A stretch of DNA of 64,000 nucleotides from Candidatus Methanosuratincola verstraetei (GCA_049570475.1 CP186953.1:800001-864000), one strand, 5' to 3'; shown: positions 32,365-42,682, counted from the first letter of the stretch. Notes: generated by a model from the sequence alone, not told the origin. Translations and numbers: made by a program.

Positions 32365-32465
32365 GGCAGCCGCCGGACACTGCCCGGTGTAGAGAGCCCA
32401 TCCGAGCGGGAAGGAATTTCCCTCAATGGGGTTGGGTGTTAGCATCGGGCTACACGGTGGCTGCC
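32365..32465 (+). ncRNA. H/ACA-like guide sRNA 2, predicted target 23S helix 69
   Basis: Outer 11-bp stem, GCCCGGUG/CAUCGGGC plus U-ACA (32452-32454), pocket UAGAGA/GUUAG 14 nt from ACA, own TATA TTAAATA at 32333. Confidence 0.65.
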
Positions 32466-32484
32466 GTCTAGGCTGGTATAGGAT

Positions 32485-33549
32485 ATGGATGTAGAGTCAA
32501 GGGTTGATCTGATATCAAGGAACGCTCTTGAAATAATCACAAGGGAGGATGCAATAACAGCATTACAAACATCCTCGTCTCCAAAGGGATACATCGGGGT
32601 TGAGCCATCAGGGCTCTTCCATTTAGGGTGGCTAATCTGGGTGAACAAGTTTAGGGATATGATGAAAGCCGGAATCAAGATGACCCTCTTGGAAGCGACT
32701 TGGCATGCCTGGATCAACGACAAATTCGGCGGGGACCTCAAAAAAATCCATGCTTGCGCAAAATATATCGAGCATTCCTTAACGGCGCTAGGGATAGACC
32801 TATCCGAAGTAAATATCGTAAAGGCGGATGCGCTTGTTGAGGACAAAGCATACTGGGAGGGCATATTGAGAACGGCAAAGCAGCTTTCCCTGTCTAGGAT
32901 TAAAAGGGCTGTTACAATTATGGGGAGAAAGGAGGATGAAGCTTCGATCGACTTCTCAAAGCTAATATACCCTTGCATGCAGGTAGAGGACATCTTTTAC
33001 CTGGATCTGGATTTCTGCTTGGGTGGGATGGATCAGAGGCGTGCACATGTACTCGCAAGGGAGGTGGCTGAGGCTTATTCCATCAAAAAGCCGGTAGCTG
33101 TGCACACGCCGCTTCTCTCTGCTCTCCAAGGTGGAGGCAGGATGGATGTAATAGGGGACGAGGAGGGCATTATAGATATGAAGATGAGCAAATCGAAGCC
33201 TGACACTTGCATATTCATTCATGATTCGCCAGAACAAATACGATCGAAGATAGCCTCTGCCTACTGCCCGCCAAAGACGATTGAGATGAATCCTGTATTG
33301 GACATCGCTAAATACATACTCATGTGGGATCGCTCCTTTGAGCTATCGCGCCCAGCAAAATACGGGGGCAACATCTCTTTTGAAACACAGAATGAGCTAA
33401 TTGAGTCATACAGGGCAGGTCTTGTTCATCCTCTTGACCTGAAAAATGGCGTCTCCGATGGGCTCATATCGCTCTTGGACCCCGTTAGGCGGTACTTCAG
33501 CTCCAACACTGAAGCATCTGATCTGTTGCGCCTTCTCTGTCCGAGATAG
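32485..33549 (+). CDS. tyrS: Tyrosine-tRNA ligase
   Basis: YIGVEPSG.FHLG, IYPCMQVEDI, GGMDQRRAH, KMSKS. Confidence 0.96.
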   Translation: MDVESRVDLISRNALEIITREDAITALQTSSSPKGYIGVEPSGLFHLGWLIWVNKFRDMMKAGIKMTLLEATWHAWINDKFGGDLKKIHACAKYIEHSLTALGIDLSEVNIVKADALVEDKAYWEGILRTAKQLSLSRIKRAVTIMGRKEDEASIDFSKLIYPCMQVEDIFYLDLDFCLGGMDQRRAHVLAREVAEAYSIKKPVAVHTPLLSALQGGGRMDVIGDEEGIIDMKMSKSKPDTCIFIHDSPEQIRSKIASAYCPPKTIEMNPVLDIAKYILMWDRSFELSRPAKYGGNISFETQNELIESYRAGLVHPLDLKNGVSDGLISLLDPVRRYFSSNTEASDLLRLLCPR

Positions 33550-33702
33550 CAAGGTTTTTAAGTTAATTGTTTTTTTATGAATTTGAACAATGTTATAGAG
33601 TGGATAAGGAGTCTTGTTTCACATGAAGTTCACTTATTTACAGAACAATAATTCCGCCGCCTTTGGCCTGGATACGGCCTGATTTTTTGGGGGGCATGGT
33701 AT

Positions 33703-34989
33703 ATGGGCGGCACGCCAACAACTGCAAAGTATACTATTTACGCAAATATTGAAATTGACGGAGTAGTTGACAAGCCTGACGTGATTGGGGCGATATTCGG
33801 CCAGACCGAGGGCCTTCTGGGGGAAGATTTGGATCTAAGAGAACTCCAGAAAAGTGGGCGAATCGGCAGGATACAGGTGGACATGGAATCGAAATCCGGA
33901 AAGTCATTCGGAGAGGTAGTCATTCCCTCAAGTTTGGATCGTGTGGAAACTGCCATTATTGCAGCAGCGATCGAGACTATCGACAAAGTTGGTCCCTGCA
34001 CGGCGCGGGTCGAGATCAAAAAAATTGAGGATGTCAGGGAAGAAAAGAGGCGCAAGATAATTGATAGGGCACGTGACATACTGATCCATTGGGAGACTGA
34101 AGGCGCATTCGAAATTAAGGAGCTGTCTGAGGAAATAATGAAGTCTGTCAGGGTCCATGCCATAGGCAAATACGGTCCTGACAATTTGCCATGCGGGCCA
34201 GATGTTGACAAGTCCGACACAGTCATCGTTACTGAGGGCCGTGCAGACGTGGTAAACATGCTTCGCCACGGGTACAAGAATGTAATAGGGATGGATGGCG
34301 CCTCAGTTCCAGACACAATTAAAGAACTAAGCAAGAAGAAAACAATTATCGCATTTGTGGACGGCGACCGGGGAGGGGAGCTGATCCTCCGCGAACTGTT
34401 CCAAGTTGCCGACATTGATTACGTCGCTAGAGCCCCCCCAGGGAAGGAAGTCGAGGACTTGACTGGGAAGGAGCTAGCAAAGTATCTGAGGGCGAAGATA
34501 CCTGCAGAACAATACCTGCTCATGATGGGCGAAAAGAAAAGAGATCACACCACTGAGGTCGAAGTCAAGCCAAAGCATTCCAAGGTCGAAGAGAAGGCTG
34601 TAAGCTTGCCCGAGCCGCAAAAGCCCGAAGTGGCAGAGACGCCTGAAAAACCTGAACCAGAGAAACCCGCGCCTCGTTTGGAAATCCCCGAGTCTGATCT
34701 TGAGAAGCTCCGTTCGTTGGTAAATGAGCTGCAGGGCAGTCTGGAAGGGGTCCTGACCGACGAGAATTGGGAAGTCAAGCAAAAAGTAGCAGTTCGTGAG
34801 CTTGCAGAGCTTTTGCAGAGCTCCGAGAGCAAGCCATTCGCAGTCATTTTCGACGGAGTGATAACACAGCGCCTTCTTGACATATCAAATAGCAAAGGGG
34901 TATCATATCTGGTTGGTGCAAGGATAGGAAACATCGCTAAGAGGCCCCAGAATATAAAAATCATGGTCTTCGACGATATTACAAAGTGA
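33703..34989 (+). CDS. dnaG: Archaeal DnaG (bacterial-type primase, exosome associated)
   Basis: DVIGAIFGQTEGLLG, TOPRIM EGRADV and DGDRGG, FDGVITQRL. Confidence 0.95.
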   Translation: MGGTPTTAKYTIYANIEIDGVVDKPDVIGAIFGQTEGLLGEDLDLRELQKSGRIGRIQVDMESKSGKSFGEVVIPSSLDRVETAIIAAAIETIDKVGPCTARVEIKKIEDVREEKRRKIIDRARDILIHWETEGAFEIKELSEEIMKSVRVHAIGKYGPDNLPCGPDVDKSDTVIVTEGRADVVNMLRHGYKNVIGMDGASVPDTIKELSKKKTIIAFVDGDRGGELILRELFQVADIDYVARAPPGKEVEDLTGKELAKYLRAKIPAEQYLLMMGEKKRDHTTEVEVKPKHSKVEEKAVSLPEPQKPEVAETPEKPEPEKPAPRLEIPESDLEKLRSLVNELQGSLEGVLTDENWEVKQKVAVRELAELLQSSESKPFAVIFDGVITQRLLDISNSKGVSYLVGARIGNIAKRPQNIKIMVFDDITK

Positions 34990-35425
34990 GCTCCATTACT
35001 TCAGCCGCTTCTCCGTCTTTATAATACCCTTTGATTTCTTTTTTTGTCTCAAATCCAAACTTCTGATAGAGTGACTTTGCCTCAAAATTGGACTTTCTTA
35101 CCTCCAAGACAATCTTTTTTACGCCCGATCCGGAGAGTCTTTCTATGAGCCCCCCCAGGAGGGCTTTGCCCACTCCGCGTCTTCTTTCTTTCTCTGCAAC
35201 TGCTATTGATATTATGTGCCCCAGCTCATCTTCCCTGAGTAGACCGATGGCATAACCGATGATCTCCATTCTAGAAACCGCTACAAGAATCGAACCTGGT
35301 AAAAAGAAGAAAGCCTTCAACAACCCACGCGGGTAAGGGTCTGGAAATGATTCTAACTCAATCTTGTAGATCGAATCCAAATCTTCAAGTCTGGCATCCC
35401 TTATATTGAACTCATAATCAGACAT
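34979..35425 (-). CDS. rimI: RimI/Ard1-type N-acetyltransferase
   Basis: IELESF..PY, HIISIAV...RRRGVG, LEVRKSN, YYKDGE. Confidence 0.9.
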   Translation of the reverse strand: MSDYEFNIRDARLEDLDSIYKIELESFPDPYPRGLLKAFFFLPGSILVAVSRMEIIGYAIGLLREDELGHIISIAVAEKERRRGVGKALLGGLIERLSGSGVKKIVLEVRKSNFEAKSLYQKFGFETKKEIKGYYKDGEAAEVMELTL

Positions 35426-35484
35426 AGTGCGACAAGGAAAATTCAAAAGTGTTACAAATATCGTTATTGGAATGGTGCTGAAGT

Positions 35485-36555
35485 TTGCGAGTTATTGAGC
35501 TAGACAAGAAAAAAAGGTATGTGGAGCTGGAGGTGGAAGATGAAGACGACTTGTGGCACCTTTACAACATGATCGAAATGGGCGATCAGATCTGCGGAAA
35601 TACCACTCGTGAGATCAAAGTTACCAGAGGAGATCAGGAGGAACGCGTGGGTAGGAGGCGCGTTTTCCTATGTATTGTAGTTGAAGACACTGGAATTCAG
35701 AGCTTTACAGGAAAGCTCAGGGTAAGAGGTAAGATTGTTTCGGCTCCTGAAGACATGAACATACTCGGCTCTTACCATTCGTTTGCCTTAAGCCCGCGAG
35801 ATCGAGTCACTCTAGTTAAAGAGAATTGGACTTCATTCTTTGAAGAGCGCCTTGACAGGGCAGTAAAAAAATCGAGACCCAAGGTGATAGTAGTTACCTT
35901 GGACGATCAGGAAGCAACTATTTACATTATAAAGGATTATGAAGTGCATGAAGTAGTTTCAATCGCTTCTAATATTCCTGGAAAGTACTTGGAGACTGCT
36001 GACAGGGGCTCTTTAAGATCAAAATACTTCAATTCAATAGAAGAGGAATTGATGAGAACAGTCAAGGACGGAACATACACCATCGTACTTGCCGGCCCTG
36101 GCTTTACAAAAAATGAGTTTGGGAAATACCTGAAGGATAAGCACCGCGCACTAAACATCTTTGAGGAATCCACATCGAGTGTCGGGGCGCCTGGTGTAAG
36201 AGAGGTAATGAGCAGGGGCACACTATCCAAAATATTGGAAGATACGCTTATAGTCCGTGATTCGAGGCTTGTTGACGAGCTGTTGTCTCGCCTTTCTAAA
36301 GATCCAAGGCTAGTTGCCTATGGCTTTGGTGAGGTTGAGAAAAGCGTCAACGCCGGTGCTGTCGAGACTCTATTGGTTTCTGATCGGCTGATAAAGACCG
36401 TGTCTTTGAACGAGAAAAAAAAGCTGGAAGAGCTTTGCAAGAACGCCGAGAAGTATGGCGGTAGGGTGTTCTTCATTGGGAGTGAACATGAAAAAGGTTC
36501 TCAGCTATATAATTTGGGCGGCGTGGCTGCTTTGCTACGCTTCCAAGTCAACTAA
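35485..36555 (+). CDS. pelA: mRNA surveillance protein pelota
   Basis: DDLWHLYN, GSYHS, IPGK, AGPGFTK, GAVETLL, LGGVAALLRF. Confidence 0.95.
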   Translation: MRVIELDKKKRYVELEVEDEDDLWHLYNMIEMGDQICGNTTREIKVTRGDQEERVGRRRVFLCIVVEDTGIQSFTGKLRVRGKIVSAPEDMNILGSYHSFALSPRDRVTLVKENWTSFFEERLDRAVKKSRPKVIVVTLDDQEATIYIIKDYEVHEVVSIASNIPGKYLETADRGSLRSKYFNSIEEELMRTVKDGTYTIVLAGPGFTKNEFGKYLKDKHRALNIFEESTSSVGAPGVREVMSRGTLSKILEDTLIVRDSRLVDELLSRLSKDPRLVAYGFGEVEKSVNAGAVETLLVSDRLIKTVSLNEKKKLEELCKNAEKYGGRVFFIGSEHEKGSQLYNLGGVAALLRFQVN

Positions 36556-37586
36556 CAAGGAAATCCCGCAAATTTTTCCCTAAAAAATGTTGGGTAAGAT
36601 TGGACGTACTCGAAGGTTGCATCTTTAAGAAATCTCTTTGCCGTCTCAAGAAATTTTCTGTGCATCTCTAGAGATCTTCCATCTTCTGATACCCCGAGGG
36701 CATAGAGCGGAATCCCGGCAAATTCGTGAAGCTTCCTCCTAAGATCCCGGGGGTTGCCCGAGTCCGTCTTTATTACCACCCTGCCAACAAGACCGTCACC
36801 TGAAATTTCTTCGTACGGTCTACGGACATTTCTTGCCCTTCTGAGAAGCCTCTTCTTCGTTTGAATCGAATCTTTCACGTAGCTCGGGCAGTAGTGAATA
36901 GGAAATGAAATGCCTTCAGTCTTGGCCCATTTTATTATGTTTATGGCAGTTTCTTCGCTACCCATTACAGCAGACATTTCGCCCTTTTCCAGAGAATGCC
37001 CGCGTTGCTTCAACTGAATAGCATTCTCTGGGGAGAATTCCAATTGGTTCAAATTTAGGAAGTCTGCTTTTATCTCCTTTAGATATTTTACAAACTCCTT
37101 TATCTTTTCTTCTTCCCCTGGTATTGCTGGCAACTCTGCTCCTGCATACATCCCGATCTCCTTCGCGGCAGCTATCCTTCCCCAGAATTCCCTGCTTGGG
37201 TGGAACCTAATCTCGTCAAGTCCAGCATCCTTGAGTTGTTTCAACACGTCTCTTTCTGCAAACATTCCGTTGGTATACAGATGAATATGGTGCTCGCGAC
37301 CAAACTCTCTTTTTAGCAGTCTCACATATTTCAAGGTCCTTCTTGCCTTGATTAGGGGGTCTCCTCCCGTGATCCCAGTTCCTTCTGCGTCAATTGCTTT
37401 ACATTCGAGTATAATCTCGAGATCGTTTTTTATGGGCACTTCGTCCGCGTAAATCACATCTTTGTCCTTCCTGGAAGCGCTCAGCGGGCAATAGAAGCAG
37501 CCCTTGCCGCAAATCCCGGTGACAAACAGCACCATCTTGCTCCCTTTCAAACATAATTCGCAACCCTTCGGGAGTCCTTCTGCCAT
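36552..37586 (-). CDS. Radical SAM protein (uncharacterised archaeal family)
   Basis: GCELC..G.KMVLFVTG, CGKGCFYC, ITGGDP, GLDEIRFHP. Confidence 0.9.
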   Translation of the reverse strand: MAEGLPKGCELCLKGSKMVLFVTGICGKGCFYCPLSASRKDKDVIYADEVPIKNDLEIILECKAIDAEGTGITGGDPLIKARRTLKYVRLLKREFGREHHIHLYTNGMFAERDVLKQLKDAGLDEIRFHPSREFWGRIAAAKEIGMYAGAELPAIPGEEEKIKEFVKYLKEIKADFLNLNQLEFSPENAIQLKQRGHSLEKGEMSAVMGSEETAINIIKWAKTEGISFPIHYCPSYVKDSIQTKKRLLRRARNVRRPYEEISGDGLVGRVVIKTDSGNPRDLRRKLHEFAGIPLYALGVSEDGRSLEMHRKFLETAKRFLKDATFEYVQSYPTFFREKFAGFPC

Positions 37587-37634
37587 GGTTGATAAGTGCG
37601 TGCTTAGGATATTAAAACTGCTGGGATTTGATCT

Positions 37635-37970
37635 TCAAAGAAGTATTTCCGAAACAATTGCCATTGCGATGGCACCGATTATCAGCTTCTTTCCGGTATA
37701 GCGCGAGAAGCCCGATGCCCACATAACAAACCCCGCCAATCCTACTGCAAAATAAATGGTTTTCAATACATGCTTCATAAATCCAACTATTGTTGAAGCA
37801 AACCACTCTAGGTTAGATTGAAAAAAATTCAGCCAATCGCCAACCACGCTATGAAACCTTTCCTGGAGCTCTTCACTAGAGTTCTCCTCGCCTTTGACCC
37901 CCATTAGGCATGCTGAGAAGGAAATGATTGCAAACAAGCTAATTGCCAAGGCTACACGCATACCGTACAT
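37635..37970 (-). CDS. Hypothetical membrane protein
   Basis: Signal-like N-terminus and two C-terminal hydrophobic helices. Confidence 0.6.
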   Translation of the reverse strand: MYGMRVALAISLFAIISFSACLMGVKGEENSSEELQERFHSVVGDWLNFFQSNLEWFASTIVGFMKHVLKTIYFAVGLAGFVMWASGFSRYTGKKLIIGAIAMAIVSEILL

Positions 37971-38102
37971 TTATTGCCCCCGAAAACTGCCTCCATATTT
38001 AATACTGGAGGTCAATACTGATTTTTGCGAATCGTTCCCAACACGCCATAGATGGGTCGTGCAATTACGGTTTATTTTTGAAACCCCTAAATATGGACAA
38101 AA

Positions 38103-38819
38103 TCATCTTTTGCAGCGCTGTTGAAGTAGCCTCCTAAGGCTTGGGTCTTTGGATAGGCGTTCTGATAACGCCCCCTCGAAAGTTTCGTTCTCTTGGAGGA
38201 TCCTTTTGAAAAAAATCCCAGTCCTACCTATCTGATCCCTCCTTGTAAGGACCCTGACCCTTTCAAGCACTACTTCGAGGCTGACCCCCACAATCTTGGC
38301 CGCCTCTGCTTCATATGAGAGGATTGATCTTTCGGTGTGACCATAGTCTGTGGGGACGATGAGCATAAGTCTCTTGTCGATTCCTGGCACCCTCAATCCG
38401 GCTTCAATTTCCGAGATGCCTGCTTCTCCACCGAATTTGTAGAACTCTCTCTCCTTGCCTCTCATGGGGATGAGCGGGAAAGTGACCTTGAGCGTCTGAT
38501 CGATGTAGATTGTGGCCTTCACTGTGTGGACTGGAGTCGCTTGGCTCAACTCCCTGCTCTCTATTTGAAACCCGCCTTTTGTCAGCGCCTCTTCTATTAT
38601 GAACGACTGAGCCACCTCTGGAATTATTATGTCGATATCGCTCTTGGGATTCACGTCGCCCCTGGCTACGCTGCCATGCACCCTCCCCTCAAGACCGTGC
38701 TTACAAAGTGCACTCATAACGCTCAATGCTTTTGATCTAAGTCTCCCCAATAATTCCCAGTGGGCTCTGTCATAGATGACTTCTCTGGACTGATACGCAG
38801 GCGCGACTTTCTTTGCCAT
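38103..38819 (-). CDS. Nucleotidyltransferase, Pol beta superfamily (conserved archaeal family)
   Basis: VHGSVARGDV...SDIDI, QATP, EFYKFGG, RVPGIDKRL, GRTG. Confidence 0.88.
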   Translation of the reverse strand: MAKKVAPAYQSREVIYDRAHWELLGRLRSKALSVMSALCKHGLEGRVHGSVARGDVNPKSDIDIIIPEVAQSFIIEEALTKGGFQIESRELSQATPVHTVKATIYIDQTLKVTFPLIPMRGKEREFYKFGGEAGISEIEAGLRVPGIDKRLMLIVPTDYGHTERSILSYEAEAAKIVGVSLEVVLERVRVLTRRDQIGRTGIFFKRILQENETFEGALSERLSKDPSLRRLLQQRCKR

Positions 38820-38828
38820 TCCCGTCAC

Positions 38829-39140
38829 TCATTCTACATTAGAGCTAATCCAGTCCAAATACCCCTCGAGCCCTTCAGAAATGTCGAGCGCTATTATCTC
38901 TGGCAATTCGTAGCTGTGGAGCTCAAGCACCCTCCTCTTCATCTTTTCGAAGACCCTTTGTTCAGTCTTTACTAATAGAATGAATTCAGTGCTCTCTTCG
39001 ACCCTATCCTTCCATCTGTAAACCGATCTCATTGAAGGGAGTATGTTGACGCAAGCCGCTAATCTTTCCCCAACCAGCCTTCTTGCAATCTCTTCGGCCT
39101 GTTTCAAATCTCCGACAGTTATAATAGAGACGATACTCAT
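38829..39140 (-). CDS. cutA: Divalent cation tolerance protein CutA
   Basis: RLAACVN, SVYRW, HSYELPEI, YLDW. Confidence 0.93.
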   Translation of the reverse strand: MSIVSIITVGDLKQAEEIARRLVGERLAACVNILPSMRSVYRWKDRVEESTEFILLVKTEQRVFEKMKRRVLELHSYELPEIIALDISEGLEGYLDWISSNVE

Positions 39141-39197
39141 CGACTATCACTGAATGCTATGTTGTAGATCCGTTCTAATATTGTTGGGGGATTTCAT

Positions 39198-40367
39198 TTG
39201 GAGTCTTGGGTTGTTTTTTTGGCTGCACTGCTGTCCTTCTGGTCAATTGTTTATATTGGCAGGCAGTTTCTCCCAAAAAGTTTCGAGATACATCCCTTCC
39301 TGATCATGTGGAGGACAACAAGGTTCAATTCTTTTATAGATAGAGTCGGGCGTGCTCTCCGTTCGTTTTGGAGGGTATTCTGGACTTTGGGTGTCGCCCT
39401 CTCGATAGGCGGAATGGTCTATATCACGTACATTTTGGGAAGGAACCTCTTCTACATCTTCTTCAAGACTGAATCTGCGACCCCTGTCTCGCCCCTTATT
39501 CCCGGAATCACGCTCTCTCTGAACTTCAACACACTGTTCTTTTTCGGCTTGTCTTTGGCGATAATTATCGTATTCCATGAATTCTCCCATGGCGTGGCTG
39601 CAAGGGCGGAGAATATAAAAGTCAAAAGCACCGGGCTCCTCCTACTTGCAGTGATCCCTGGAGCGTTCGTGGAACCTGATGAGGAAGACCTCAACAAGGC
39701 CAAGAAATCTGCCCAAGCCCGCGTCTTCAGCGCGGGTTCTACAGCTAACATACTGATGGGTCTGTTGGCTTTGGTTCTTCTAACCAACTCGAATTTGGTG
39801 ATCGCGCCGATTTACAATCCCGATCCAACTGGTATCCAAATTACTGAAATAGTGGCTGGTTCTCCCGCGGACGGCGTTCTGAGGAATTGGGACATAATCA
39901 TAAGCATAAATGGTTCTCCTGTTAAAGATGCAGAGTCTCTGTCAACGACACTTTCCGAAATACCGCCAAACTCTACGGTCCCGTTCTCTATAATTCGTGA
40001 CGGGAAAAATATCGAGATCAACTTTACGCTCGGACAATCCCCTACACGGAACGCCTCATACATTGGGATAAACTCATTCCCATACTACGTGCCTAAATTC
40101 CCATTTGTCCCTCCAATGGGTTCTTTCTACATTCTCGGTTCCCTCTCCTGGTTTTACCTGCTCTCGATAAACATTGGTCTAATCAATATGATGCCCGTTA
40201 CAGGTCTAGACGGTGACAAACTTGCGACAATACTGCTTAGGTCGATGTTCAAGAATGAAAAAATGGCGATTCAACTGTCAAATATGGTCAGATGGGCATG
40301 CCTTATAATCTTAGTCCTAAATATATCGATGAGTTTTGTTCTATTCCCCTCATTCAAATTCGGATAG
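39198..40367 (+). CDS. Site-2 protease (M50) with PDZ domain
   Basis: HEFSH, GAFVEP, AGSTAN, NMMP..GLDG, PDZ insert. Confidence 0.92.
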   Translation: MESWVVFLAALLSFWSIVYIGRQFLPKSFEIHPFLIMWRTTRFNSFIDRVGRALRSFWRVFWTLGVALSIGGMVYITYILGRNLFYIFFKTESATPVSPLIPGITLSLNFNTLFFFGLSLAIIIVFHEFSHGVAARAENIKVKSTGLLLLAVIPGAFVEPDEEDLNKAKKSAQARVFSAGSTANILMGLLALVLLTNSNLVIAPIYNPDPTGIQITEIVAGSPADGVLRNWDIIISINGSPVKDAESLSTTLSEIPPNSTVPFSIIRDGKNIEINFTLGQSPTRNASYIGINSFPYYVPKFPFVPPMGSFYILGSLSWFYLLSINIGLINMMPVTGLDGDKLATILLRSMFKNEKMAIQLSNMVRWACLIILVLNISMSFVLFPSFKFG

Positions 40368-40386
40368 ACGGTTAGGTGAGCAATCA

Positions 40387-41328
40387 ATGCCTTCAGAGTG
40401 CAGGTGCGGAAGGCCTTCTTTTTATTTCAGGAGGCAGTCTGGAGAAGCCCTCTGCAAACGCTGCTTTACCAGGAGCGTCGAGAGGACCGCCTTCAAGACA
40501 ATAAAAAAAGAGGGACTTTTCACGCCCGATGACAGGATCATGATCGCCCTATCAGGAGGGAAAGACAGCATTGCCTTGGCTCACATACTTTCAAAGATCG
40601 AGAAAAGGTATGGCGCTGAACTTTTTGCTGTTACAATAGACGAGGGGGTTCGGGGATACAGGGAGGAAGGCATTGGTATAGCAAGGGAAGTTGCCAGAAG
40701 GCTCGGACTCGAGCACTATGTATTCACGTTCAAGGATGCCTATGGCTACACCCTCGAAGAGATATGCGAGATCGCGAAATCCAAGAGCATCCAGCTTTTG
40801 GGGTGCAGCTTCTGCGGGATACTCAGGAGGAGGTTGCTGAATGACCTGGCGTTAAAATTGGGCGCAACCAAGGTTGCAACCGGGCATAACCTTGACGACG
40901 AAGCTCAGACTTTCTTGATCAATCTGTTCCGTGGGGATGTTGATCGGATTGGCAGGGCAGGCGCAAGGCCTCTTGTCACGAGGGAGGGTTTCATCCCCCG
41001 GGTCAAGCCATTGCGCTATATCCCAGAAAAAGAGATTGCTGTTTATGTTTATGCGAAGGGTTACGACCTCTACCAGAGGGAATGCCCATATGTAAGGGCA
41101 TCATTAAGGGACGAAATAAGAGACATTTTGAATCGCCTCGAAGCTGACCATCCTGGCACAAAGCACTCAATAGTGAACGTCTCAGATTCGCTTTCAAAGT
41201 TGCTTGAGGAAAAAACAATCGCCTCAAAAATGGAGCGATGCACAATCTGCGGCTCACCATCTAGCAGGAGAATGTGTCGTGCCTGCGAAGTATTCTCGCT
41301 TTTGGGGATTGACAGAAGTGCTATTTGA
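40387..41328 (+). CDS. ncsA: tRNA 2-thiolation protein, NcsA/Ctu1/TtuA family
   Basis: SGGKDS, CSFCGILRR, TGHNLDD, RVKPL, CPY, terminal Zn fingers. Confidence 0.9.
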   Translation: MPSECRCGRPSFYFRRQSGEALCKRCFTRSVERTAFKTIKKEGLFTPDDRIMIALSGGKDSIALAHILSKIEKRYGAELFAVTIDEGVRGYREEGIGIAREVARRLGLEHYVFTFKDAYGYTLEEICEIAKSKSIQLLGCSFCGILRRRLLNDLALKLGATKVATGHNLDDEAQTFLINLFRGDVDRIGRAGARPLVTREGFIPRVKPLRYIPEKEIAVYVYAKGYDLYQRECPYVRASLRDEIRDILNRLEADHPGTKHSIVNVSDSLSKLLEEKTIASKMERCTICGSPSSRRMCRACEVFSLLGIDRSAI

Positions 41329-41400
41329 ATAAAAAAGCATTGACTGAAAACCAGTCTGCTTATGCGATATGCTGATAAACCACTTAGTGAATGAATCAAA

Positions 41401-41723
41401 TGGTGCGGTAGGTAGGGCCGGAGGGCTCGGCCTCCTCTGCTCTACAAACGGTCGTTAAGGTAGGGCCAGTAACTCTGGGAGGCGGCAATACCGGCGGCAG
41501 TGCTGATGGATATGCAGCGTGGAAGTCTCGCCCTGTGGGGGCGTTGGAGCGGTAGAGATCCATCCGGAAGGAAGGGTCTCCCGCTAGCTAGGCGAAACGG
41601 GTTAGGCCCGGAAGGGAGCGGCCCTAAGCCTGGACAGTGCCGTTCACAGGAAAACGGGATGGATGCTGGGTGTCCAAAGGCACTGCTGCGCAGGCTGCCC
41701 ACTCCCGGAGAGCTGCCGCACCA
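41401..41723 (+). ncRNA. ffs: Signal recognition particle (7S) RNA
   Basis: Helix 8 GUUAGGCCCGGAAGGGAGCGGC, helix 6 GGAA loop, paired ends UGGUGCGGUAG/CUGCCGCACCA, ~320 nt. Confidence 0.95.
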
Positions 41724-41769
41724 CTTGCAAATAAAATATTTAACTTACCTTAACTTTCTTTGGCTTAAA

Positions 41770-41858
41770 GCCTGGGTTGCCTAGCCTGGTAAGGCGATGG
41801 CTTGCTAAGCCATTGTCTGGCAACAGACTCGTGGGTTCAAATCCCACCCCAGGCGCCA
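41770..41858 (+). tRNA. tRNA-Ser(GCT)
   Basis: AUGGC-UU GCU AA-GCCAU, long variable arm, encoded CCA. Confidence 0.95.
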
Positions 41859-42132
41859 CTCTTGGTGCTTTAAACTCACGAAGATGCCGTCAGAGTTTTA
41901 TAACCGTAGATCTAGAGCCGAAATACAGTCATTTGTTAGTCTTTTACAAAAGTTTTACCTAAAAAGCAAGCGTCATTTATGCACCTTGCAAAGCTTGGTT
42001 CCGAATTATTGCGGCCACTCCTTTACCGTCGAACCAAGCAAGGATTCTGACTAAATTCAACTACTCATCATTGGGATTTTGTAAAGTTAGCGATATCTAT
42101 AATAGCTGCCTGTCAATCCCTTTTTACTCCGA

Positions 42133-42210
42133 GGGGCTGTAGGCTAGCTTGGTCTAGACTGCGAGGCTTGGGCCCTCGTGACCCCGGTTCAAATCCGGGC
42201 AGCCCCACCA
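42133..42210 (+). tRNA. tRNA-Pro(TGG)
   Basis: CGAGG-CU UGG GC-CCUCG, encoded CCA. Confidence 0.95.
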
Positions 42211-42261
42211 TTATTATGGCTGAGAATTTGTATAAAAATAAAAAATTATAAGATGAAAAGT

Positions 42262-42681
42262 TTAGAGACCCTGCAGCCTCTTTATCCTCTCTTGTTTTTC
42301 GGCTGCAAGCTTCGCTAAAGTTCTTTTGACGTTTGGCAAAAAGCCGAGTTTTCCCATGCTGTCCTCGTAGAACCTCTTGATCGTGCTTTCGATCTCTATT
42401 GCCTTTACAACGTTCTTCTTCTCTTCTGCGCATATGGACGTGTCTGTTTTGTAGTTGTCGCTGTCTATTCCTGTTATTGCTTCCAGAACCATTTCTTGCA
42501 TTTCCATGCGTCTGGTCCTTTCAATCAACTGCTTGTTCTTTTTTGACGCGTTTGCGAAGTCGCTGAATATCTTTTGTACTTCTGGTGAACTTTTCTTGGC
42601 TGCCTCGTCATAAAAATTTGAGGCTGCGTCCTCGAGTTCAGATGCAAATTTGAGTATGGCACCGAAAGTCCCTAGCTGCAT
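42262..42681 (-). CDS. Ferritin-like four-helix-bundle protein
   Basis: Duplicated A.ELE....FY / AIEIE....FY helices; canonical ExxH metal ligands absent. Confidence 0.7.
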   Translation of the reverse strand: MQLGTFGAILKFASELEDAASNFYDEAAKKSSPEVQKIFSDFANASKKNKQLIERTRRMEMQEMVLEAITGIDSDNYKTDTSICAEEKKNVVKAIEIESTIKRFYEDSMGKLGFLPNVKRTLAKLAAEKQERIKRLQGL

Positions 42682-42682
42682 T

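Noticed and set aside
33738-34964. Long antisense ORFs opposite dnaG, and similar ones opposite many other genes
   Set aside because: Ser/Leu/Phe-rich shadow frames of real genes with no recognisable motifs
41442-42433. ORFs over SRP RNA, tRNA-Ser and tRNA-Pro
   Set aside because: Explained by the RNA genes
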